From Acetobacteraceae bacterium (GTDB lineage: Bacteria; Pseudomonadota; Alphaproteobacteria; Acetobacterales; Acetobacteraceae): a stretch of 64,000 bases of DNA. The first letter of the stretch is position 1; each line of letters begins with the position of its first letter. A program made the position numbers and the translations under genes. Shown piece after piece: positions 58,032 through 64,000 of the stretch. Under the pieces are notes generated by a model. It had not been told where the DNA came from and searched no databases. It worked only from the letters and a program-made list of their open reading frames with translations. The DNA is taken from assembly GCA_035532755.1 (NCBI GenBank), contig DATKQI010000279.1, forward strand, positions 2,203-66,202, written 5' to 3'.

Positions 58032-59207
58032 TCACCTTATTTGCGCGAAACTAACCATATTGCCTGTTTTTTCATCGAATAAGGCGCCATCGCAGAACGC
58101 ATCGGCGCGCATCGGGATCGGCGCCGGGCTGGCCGGCAACATCCATTCAGACGGATGCCCACCCTCCACTTTCTGGTTCATCCACGGCACGCTCCAATCT
58201 TCCGCCCGGGCGGCGGCTTCGTGCAGATCCGGGCGATAGATCGCGGCCACCCGCGATCGTGTCGCGTCGTCTTCCGCCATCATCCCCCAGCGCGCCATCT
58301 GGCCGGCGAACCATCGCGCGTGCGATCGCCAGGGGAAAGTCGCGGCGTGGGCGGCGAACACCGAGCGCAGCGGATCATCCTGCGTTCCGGCCGATGGCAG
58401 GGAGGCGCGCACCATCTCCGCCGGCACGCTGAGATAATCCGGCCTTGCCAGCAGCCGGGCGAGCCCGTCCGCCTCGGCCGGGTCGTCGCACAGCCGTCCT
58501 GCGCGCAGCAGCCCGCGCAGCAGGGCATGCAGCCGCTCCGGCGCGGTCGCTGCCCAGTCCGCCCGCACGGCAAGACATTTCTCCGGGTGGTTGCGCCAGA
58601 TATTCGCGGTGCCGAGCACGATCCGGCCCGTTCCCGCTTGCGCCGCCATTCCGCCCCACGGCGCGCCGGCGCAGAACCCGTCGATGCGGCCGGCTTCCAC
58701 CGCCGCCACCATGGCGGCCGGCGGCAGCACGGTCAGCATCACGTCGCGCTCGGGGTCGATGCCGCTCGCGGCCAGCCAGTAGCGCAGCAGCAGATGATGG
58801 GTGGAATACCCATGCACCACCGCCAGTACCGGCCTGCGGCCCTGCCGCGCGATCGCCGCCCGCAGTCGCGCGCCCACCGCCAGCGGCGCGGGATTGCCGT
58901 CCAGCGCCGGATCGGCGAGGGCGGGGGCGAGCGCGATCGTGTTGCCGCCGAGGCTGATCCCGCCGGGCACCAGCAGCGACACCGCCGGGCCGCGCAGGCC
59001 CAGTGTCGCGGCGATGGCAAGCGGTGGCAGCAGCACCGCCCCTTCCAGCAGCCCCACCGCCAGCTTGTCGGCCAGGTTGGCCCAGGACGGCTCGACCGAC
59101 AGATCGACCGAAAGCCCCAGCGCATGGAACAGCCCCAGCTCCTGCGCCGCCACCAGCGGCGCGGCGTCGGTCAGCCGCAGCAGGCCGAGGCGGATCGTCT
59201 CCGTCAT
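58032..59207 (-). CDS. nasS: NrtA/CmpA-like nitrate-binding sensor protein without signal peptide (NasS)
   Basis: 391 aa with an NMT1/NrtA-like periplasmic-binding fold but a cytoplasmic-type N-terminus. It overlaps the nasT stop. Confidence 0.8.
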   Translation of the reverse strand: MTETIRLGLLRLTDAAPLVAAQELGLFHALGLSVDLSVEPSWANLADKLAVGLLEGAVLLPPLAIAATLGLRGPAVSLLVPGGISLGGNTIALAPALADPALDGNPAPLAVGARLRAAIARQGRRPVLAVVHGYSTHHLLLRYWLAASGIDPERDVMLTVLPPAAMVAAVEAGRIDGFCAGAPWGGMAAQAGTGRIVLGTANIWRNHPEKCLAVRADWAATAPERLHALLRGLLRAGRLCDDPAEADGLARLLARPDYLSVPAEMVRASLPSAGTQDDPLRSVFAAHAATFPWRSHARWFAGQMARWGMMAEDDATRSRVAAIYRPDLHEAAARAEDWSVPWMNQKVEGGHPSEWMLPASPAPIPMRADAFCDGALFDEKTGNMVSFAQIR

Positions 59208-59776
59208 GCCTTGTCCTCCTCGCCTGTCAGCATCTCCTGCGCGATCTCGGCGATGCGCCGGCCGCGCTGCATCGCCTGCCGGCGCAGCCAGTGATAGGCC
59301 TGCGGCTCGCTGATCCCGCGCTGCCGGATCAGTCTGGCTTTTGCCGCCTCGATCGCGGCGCGCTCGGCCAGCGCCTGTTCGGCCCGCTGCAACCCGCTTT
59401 CCACTTGCCGGAACCGCTCGAACATCGCCACCGCCGCCTGCACGATCGGCTTCACGTCGGGCAATGCCGCGCCCACCACGTTGTAGGAACTCACGCCCGC
59501 GGCGATCGCCTGCCGCATGAAGGCTGGATCGTCGGCATCGACGAACATCACGATTGGCCGCGGATTGTGCGCATAGGCGCGGCGGATGCCCTCAAGCCCG
59601 TCGCGGTCGGGCCGGGCCATATCGACGATCACGACATCGGGCTGCACACGCGCGGCGGCGGCGGCCAGCAGTTCTCCCGGCAATGGCCGCACCACCGCCA
59701 CGCGCTCCATAGCCGCCAGATCCGCGATCAGCGCCCGCGCGCGCGCCGGGTCGCCGTCAGCCAACAGAACCTTCAA
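59204..59776 (-). CDS. nasT: ANTAR-domain response regulator (NasT)
   Basis: Receiver-like N-terminus (KVLLADGD) and C-terminal ANTAR block (AKARLIRQRGISEPQAYHWLRRQAMQRGRRI). I chose the TTG start at 59776; the ATG alternative is at 59818. Confidence 0.8.
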   Translation of the reverse strand: MKVLLADGDPARARALIADLAAMERVAVVRPLPGELLAAAAARVQPDVVIVDMARPDRDGLEGIRRAYAHNPRPIVMFVDADDPAFMRQAIAAGVSSYNVVGAALPDVKPIVQAAVAMFERFRQVESGLQRAEQALAERAAIEAAKARLIRQRGISEPQAYHWLRRQAMQRGRRIAEIAQEMLTGEEDKA

Positions 59777-59833
59777 TCGCCGCCATCCTGCCCGGTCGCA
59801 ACAGGGCAGGCTGTGCAAGCCGCGCGCCAGCCG

Positions 59834-61303
59834 TTATCGGCCGGTCAGCCGGAACTCGATGCGGCGGTTTTTCGCATATGCCGCGGCCGTATCCCCCGGA
59901 TCGATCGGGTGGGTCGAGCCGAACGCGGCGGCGGCCAGCCGGTCGGCCGGAATTCCGTTCGCGATCAGCAGCTTCAGCACCGACAGCGCCCGCTCGGCCG
60001 AGAGATCCCAATTGGATGTGTAGCGCCCGCCCGTGATCGGCTGCTTGTCGGCATAGCCATCCACCCGCAGGATCCAGGGGATGTTCTTCGGGATGCCGGG
60101 CGCGATCTGCTTCAGCGCGGTGGCGATCTTGTCGATCTGCCGCGTGCCCGCCGCGGTCAGATGCGCGGAATTGACCGGGAACAGCACGTCGGACTGGAAC
60201 ACGAACCGGTCGCCCACGATGCGGATATCCTTCCGCCCGGCCAGCACCTGCCGCAGCCTGCCGAAGAAATTGCTGCGGTACTGCTGCAGTTCCTGCACCT
60301 TGCGCGCCAGCGCCTCGTTCAGCTTGCGCCCCAGGGCGGCAATCTGCACGTCCTTCTCGCTGCCCGCCGTCTTCGCCAGGTCGAGGGCCGCCGAAATCTG
60401 CGCGAGCTGGGCGCGCAGCTGGATCATCTGCTGGTTGAGCAGGTCGATCTCGGCCTGCGCGCTCGCCGTGAGCCCCTTCTGAACGGTCAGTTCCGTCCGC
60501 GTCGCCCCCGTCGCGCGCGTCTGTTTGGCCAGATCCGCCCGCGCTGTCGTCACCGCGCGCGTCTGCTTGGCCAGGTCGGTTTGCGCCTGCGCGGTCAACT
60601 CCTTCTGGGCAGTCAGTTCCGCCTGCGCCGCCACCGCCGCGCGCGTTTGTTTGGCGAGGTCCGCTTGCACCTGTGTCGTCAGTCCCTTCTGGGTGGCAAG
60701 GTCGGATTGCGTGCTGGCAACCAGCTTCTGCTGCGCCGCCAGATCGGCCCGGGTTTGCGCGAGCGTCCGGCGCGCCTGCCCAAGCTCGCTTACGATGGCG
60801 GCGGTCTGCTGGCCCGCGGCCTCGCTGTGCCGTGCCGCCCCGGCCAACTGGTTCTGGAGCGTGACGATGCGGGCGGCGGCGGATTTCGCCTGCAACTCGG
60901 CGTCCGCGAGCTTCGCCGCCAGCGTATCACGCTGCGCCTGCAACGCCTGGAGGCTGGCGCTGCTGGCGGCAGCATCCTTGTGCGTGGCGGCCAGTTGCCG
61001 GGCGAGCGCATCGCGGGCGGCATTGGACGTATCCAGTTTGCGCGTGAGCGTGGCCGCGCTCTGCTGCAGATCAGCGGCCTGCCCCTTCTCCAGCGCCAGC
61101 ATGTTGGACAGTTGGGCGATCTCGCGGTTCAATCGGTCCAGCGCCTTGTTCCGCCCCGACAGCGTGACGGACAGGAACGCCTGCGCCAGCACGAACACCA
61201 GCAGCACGAAGATGATCACCATCAGCAGGGTGGACAGCGCGTCCACATAGCCCGGCCAGGCGTTCAGCCCGTTCTCCCCGCCGCGGCGGATGCGCCCTGG
61301 CAT
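59834..61303 (-). CDS. MotB-like membrane protein: N-terminal TM with conserved Asp, roughly 300-aa coiled coil, C-terminal OmpA-type peptidoglycan-binding domain
   Basis: WPGYVDALSTLLMVIIFVLLVF is a MotB-type plug/TM. A long Q/A/L/T-rich heptad region follows. The C-terminus reads GYADKQP...SNWDLSAERA...NRRIEF. Confidence 0.75.
   Translation of the reverse strand: MPGRIRRGGENGLNAWPGYVDALSTLLMVIIFVLLVFVLAQAFLSVTLSGRNKALDRLNREIAQLSNMLALEKGQAADLQQSAATLTRKLDTSNAARDALARQLAATHKDAAASSASLQALQAQRDTLAAKLADAELQAKSAAARIVTLQNQLAGAARHSEAAGQQTAAIVSELGQARRTLAQTRADLAAQQKLVASTQSDLATQKGLTTQVQADLAKQTRAAVAAQAELTAQKELTAQAQTDLAKQTRAVTTARADLAKQTRATGATRTELTVQKGLTASAQAEIDLLNQQMIQLRAQLAQISAALDLAKTAGSEKDVQIAALGRKLNEALARKVQELQQYRSNFFGRLRQVLAGRKDIRIVGDRFVFQSDVLFPVNSAHLTAAGTRQIDKIATALKQIAPGIPKNIPWILRVDGYADKQPITGGRYTSNWDLSAERALSVLKLLIANGIPADRLAAAAFGSTHPIDPGDTAAAYAKNRRIEFRLTGR
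60470..60760 (-). repeat. degenerate in-frame tandem repeat, 42-nt (14-aa) period, within the coiled-coil region
   Basis: GCGCGCGT(C/T)TG(T/C)TTGGC(C/G)AG(A/G)TC, encoding DLAKQTRA, occurs at 60513, 60555 and 60639. CCTTCTG...AGTTC units occur at 60476, 60601 and 60684. Confidence 0.7.
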
Positions 61304-61306
61304 GTC

Positions 61307-62461
61307 CTATCGCGCCTCGTTCTCGGCCAGGGCGGCGATCGTGCGCGTCAGGATGCGCAGGTCGTTGCGCAGCTCCGCCGTGCTCTGCACCCGCCCCTGT
61401 TCGGATTCCGCGAGCAGCCGCTGCAGCGCCACCTCGATGTTGCGCAGATGGGCGTGCGCCACCTCGTCCGACCGTGGAACGCTGTGCTCGCCCAGGCGCT
61501 GCAGGGCGGGGCCGAGCACGCTCTGCGTCTCCGCGATCCGCAGCATCAGCTGCTGGTTGGCGCGCATCGTGTCGCTGAAGCTGCTCAGCTTCTCGGCCAG
61601 TTGCAGCAGCGTCTGGTTGGCGTGTCCGCGGCTCTCCTCGCCGCGCCCCAGGATCGTCTGCAACCCTTCCATGTTCTCGGCGGTCTGCTCCAGCAGCGCC
61701 TGCACATAGATCGGCACCGAGCCTTCGCCCTCGCTGCCCAGCACGCCCGAAGACAGCCGGGTGAGCCCGGCGAGCCATTCCTCCAGCTCGTTGAAGAACC
61801 GGTTCTGCGCCTGCCCGGCGGTGAGGTCGAGGAAGCCCAGCACCAGCGCGCCGGCAAGCCCGAACATCGAGGAGGAAAATGCGGTGGCCATGCCGGAGAG
61901 CGGACCTGTGAGCCCTGTCTTCAACTGCTCGAACATCGCGTTCACGTCGCCGGTGCCCATGGTCATCCCGTTGATCACGTCGGAGACCGAGGCCACCGTG
62001 CGCAGCAGCCCCCAGAACGTGCCGAGCAGGCCGAGGAAGATCATCAGCCCGGTCATGTAGCGGGAAAGCTCGCGGCTCTCGTCCAGCCGGCTCGCGATGC
62101 TGTCCAGCAAACCCCGCATCGCCTGGGCGGACAGCGTGAAGCGCGCCTGCGGGTCGCGCGATTTCTCGGCTCGCGAGGCCATCATCCGCGCCATCGGTGC
62201 GAGCAGCCTCGGCGGCGGGATCGTGGCGAGCGACGGGCGGGACCGCTGGAACGCCTCCACCCAGTTCACCTCCGGCGACAGCCGCAGCACCTGGCGCAGG
62301 TTCCAGGCGATGCCGAGGATCTCGACCAGGAAGATCAGGCTGTTCAGCGGCGGGTTGTTGGCGAAGAAGACGCGCAGCTTCGGCAGCAGCAGCAGGGACA
62401 CGAGGATGACCACGGCAAGGAAGGCCAGCATGCGCAGCAGATAGGCGGTGGGGCGGGTCAT
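61307..62461 (-). CDS. MotA/TolQ/ExbB-family proton channel protein with a roughly 150-aa C-terminal helical tail
   Basis: Two N-terminal TMs plus the conserved C-terminal pair (GLLGTFWGLL...MATAFSSSMFGLAGALVLGF), then a helical tail. Confidence 0.75.
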   Translation of the reverse strand: MTRPTAYLLRMLAFLAVVILVSLLLLPKLRVFFANNPPLNSLIFLVEILGIAWNLRQVLRLSPEVNWVEAFQRSRPSLATIPPPRLLAPMARMMASRAEKSRDPQARFTLSAQAMRGLLDSIASRLDESRELSRYMTGLMIFLGLLGTFWGLLRTVASVSDVINGMTMGTGDVNAMFEQLKTGLTGPLSGMATAFSSSMFGLAGALVLGFLDLTAGQAQNRFFNELEEWLAGLTRLSSGVLGSEGEGSVPIYVQALLEQTAENMEGLQTILGRGEESRGHANQTLLQLAEKLSSFSDTMRANQQLMLRIAETQSVLGPALQRLGEHSVPRSDEVAHAHLRNIEVALQRLLAESEQGRVQSTAELRNDLRILTRTIAALAENEAR

Positions 62462-63225
62462 TTTGCCGGTCCGGAACGGGTTTGCGATGCGGCCGAGGAA
62501 ACGGGCAGGGCCGTGATCTCCACGCGGTCGGGCGATCCGTCGCCGGTGTTGCTGCCGAGCGCGCGCAGAATGATGTGCGTGTCGGCAACGCCGGATTTCA
62601 GCAGCACCCGCCTTACTGCCAGCGCCCGGGACAGCGACAGCCGCCGGGCCGTGGACGGGTTGCTCGCCTCTCCCGCGGCGAAGGCGAGCACGGTGAAGCG
62701 GCTGGTGGCAGGGCTGGCCGCCTGCGCGAACTGTGCGAGCGTGGCCGTCTCCGCGCCGCTCAGCGCCGGGTCCTGGGCCGCGAACGGCAGGGTCAGCTTC
62801 AGCGCACTCGCCGGTGGCGCTGGGGGTCGCGGAGCCTGCGGCGGAGGCATTTTGGCCGGGGTCGGCACAGGTGGTGCCGCTGGCGGCGCCGGCGTCGCCG
62901 TGGCGATCGTTGCCGGTTCGGCCGGGGCTGCGGCGGCTTGTTTCGGTGGGGAAAGCGGCGGGGCGAGCTGCGGCGGCGTGGGCGGCGGTGGCGGCGCGCC
63001 GGGCAGGGCTGCCAGCGCCGGCAGGGCGGGTCTGGGCGGAACGGCCGGGCGCGGGGCCGGATGCGGTCGCGGTGCGGGCCTGGGCGGTGGCGGCTTGGGC
63101 AGCACGGCTCCGGGCAGTGCGTTCAGCGCATTCAGATCGACCGTAACCTGCGCCCGCGCGGGCGCGGCCACCAGTACAGCGGCAAGAATCGGCAAAACCG
63201 GCAACAGGCAGAACGTTTGGCGCAT
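62458..63225 (-). CDS. secreted protein with Pro-rich linker and OmpA-like C-terminal domain
   Basis: Signal peptide MRQTFCLLPVLPILAAVLVAAPARA, a 100-aa or so P/A-rich tract, then FTVLAFAAGE...RRLSLSRALAVRRVLL. Confidence 0.65.
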   Translation of the reverse strand: MRQTFCLLPVLPILAAVLVAAPARAQVTVDLNALNALPGAVLPKPPPPRPAPRPHPAPRPAVPPRPALPALAALPGAPPPPPTPPQLAPPLSPPKQAAAAPAEPATIATATPAPPAAPPVPTPAKMPPPQAPRPPAPPASALKLTLPFAAQDPALSGAETATLAQFAQAASPATSRFTVLAFAAGEASNPSTARRLSLSRALAVRRVLLKSGVADTHIILRALGSNTGDGSPDRVEITALPVSSAASQTRSGPAK

Positions 63226-63239
63226 CGCGCAGGCACCCT

Positions 63240-63260
63240 AGCGAAGCCCCCCGCTTCGCT
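63240..63260 (-). terminator. hairpin AGCGAAGC-CCCCC-GCTTCGCT between suhB and the stator-like operon; no U-tract
   Basis: 8-bp perfect stem read directly. Its function as a terminator is uncertain. Confidence 0.25.
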
Positions 63261-63289
63261 CAATCAATGCTCTGCGATGGACCCGCCAC

Positions 63290-64000
63290 CTACTCGGGCG
63301 TGTGTGCCATCCGTGCATCCGCGGCCGCGATGCCCTCGGCCACCGCCTCGCGCAGCTTCGCGTGCAGGTGCGGGTTCGCCGCCACCACATTCCCTCCGGT
63401 CTCGTCGTGCCCGGCCGGGTCGGTGGCATAGCCGCCGGCCTCGCGCACCAGCAACAACCCCGCCGCGACATCCCAGTGCTTCAGCCCCAGCTCCCAGAAC
63501 CCGTCATATCGCCCGGCCGCGACCCAGGCGAGATCGAGTGCCGCGGCGCCGAGACGGCGGATGCCGGCCACTTGCGGCATCAACCCGCCCAGCGTCCGCG
63601 CGAAGGCGAGCCGGCGCGGGGCGGATACGGCGGCGAAGGGGATGCCGGTCGCGAGCATCGCATCCTTCATCTCACGCCGGGCGGATACACGCAGCCGCTT
63701 CTCGTTGACGAAGGCCCCGCCGCCCTTTTCCGCCCAGAACATCTCGTCGGCCACCGGGGCATAGATCAGCCCCGCGGCCAGCTCGCTTGCCCCGTTCGGC
63801 AGCCGCCGCTCCAGCCCGATGCTGATCGCCCAATGCGGAATGCCGTGCAGGAAATTGGAGGTGCCGTCCAGCGGATCGACCACCCAGCGCCAGCTCCAGT
63901 TCTCCGAGCCGGAGGCGCCGGATTCCTCCATCAGGAAGGCATAGCCGGGACGTGCCTTGCCCAGCTCCTCCTTCAGCGTCGCCTCGGACCGCAGATCGGC
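63290..64000 (-). CDS. suhB: inositol monophosphatase family protein (SuhB-like), 5' end beyond the right edge
   Basis: Motifs FLMEESG and WVVDPLDGTSNFLHG. The reading frame stays open to position 64000 (ADLRSEATLKEELGKARPGYAFLMEE). Confidence 0.85.
   Translation of the reverse strand, partial: ADLRSEATLKEELGKARPGYAFLMEESGASGSENWSWRWVVDPLDGTSNFLHGIPHWAISIGLERRLPNGASELAAGLIYAPVADEMFWAEKGGGAFVNEKRLRVSARREMKDAMLATGIPFAAVSAPRRLAFARTLGGLMPQVAGIRRLGAAALDLAWVAAGRYDGFWELGLKHWDVAAGLLLVREAGGYATDPAGHDETGGNVVAANPHLHAKLREAVAEGIAAADARMAHTPE

Noticed and set aside
59834-63225. Flagellar stator (motAB), Tol-Pal/ExbBD system, or a Zorya-type anti-phage system.
   Set aside because: No flagellar, tolA/tolB/pal or tonB genes are adjacent. 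Zorya needs additional ZorC/D or ZorE effector genes, which are absent, and here the long coiled coil is on the MotB-like rather than the MotA-like protein. It is left as an uncharacterised stator-like system.
1-64000. CRISPR arrays, rRNA operons, IS elements, and additional tRNA genes.
   Set aside because: No regularly spaced direct repeats, no transposase- or integrase-like ORFs and no further T-arm/acceptor signatures were seen in the few intergenic gaps. Coding density leaves little unassigned space.

Overview
This is a high-GC chromosomal segment, about two-thirds G+C by eye. Gene content and order look alphaproteobacterial, possibly Rhodospirillales or Acetobacteraceae, but that taxon is a guess. 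Most of the window is tightly packed housekeeping DNA. Left to right it holds: ald with a divergent Lrp-type regulator; an esterase, a Pat-type acetyltransferase and an M20 amidohydrolase; a complete suf Fe-S operon (Rrf2 regulator-sufBCDS-sufU-sufT-sufA, minus strand); an SDR and a D-amino-acid aminotransferase; hfq-hflX; a ROK-regulated sugar ABC transporter; a large YfhO-like membrane protein of lower GC; the conserved block rpsA-ihfB-lapA-like-pyrF-trpFBA-accD-folC (minus strand); a TetR/MFS pair; prpB; a set of Mo-hydroxylase maturation genes (coxG, coxD-like, coxE-like, xdhC x2, MoeA-like/MocA fusion) with no structural genes; an agmatinase-family gene; an amino-acid ABC transporter; and a full assimilatory nitrate cluster (nasT-nasS-leader-narK-nirBD-nasA-cobA, minus strand). 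Five things stand out. (1) A tRNA-Arg(CCU) gene is interrupted after the anticodon by a 247-nt ORF-less group I intron whose core closely resembles the Azoarcus-type IC3 intron. (2) A roughly 1.3-kb island of about 30% G+C carries one intact CtrA-like orphan response regulator. Its right-hand compositional boundary lies inside the neighbouring ABC permease gene, and the expected ABC ATPase gene is missing. (3) A non-flagellar three-gene stator-like operon encodes a secreted Pro-rich OmpA-like protein, a MotA/ExbB-like channel with a helical tail, and a MotB-like protein with a roughly 300-aa repeat-bearing coiled coil. (4) A tiny terminator-bounded minus-strand unit has a 17-nt perfect complement to the 16S rRNA 3' end in front of a 24-codon ORF. 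(5) A TrpD2-like gene is translationally coupled to the end of the nitrate assimilation operon. I saw no CRISPR array, transposase, integrase or rRNA gene. Many long ORFs in the track are antisense or wrong-frame artefacts of the high GC content.
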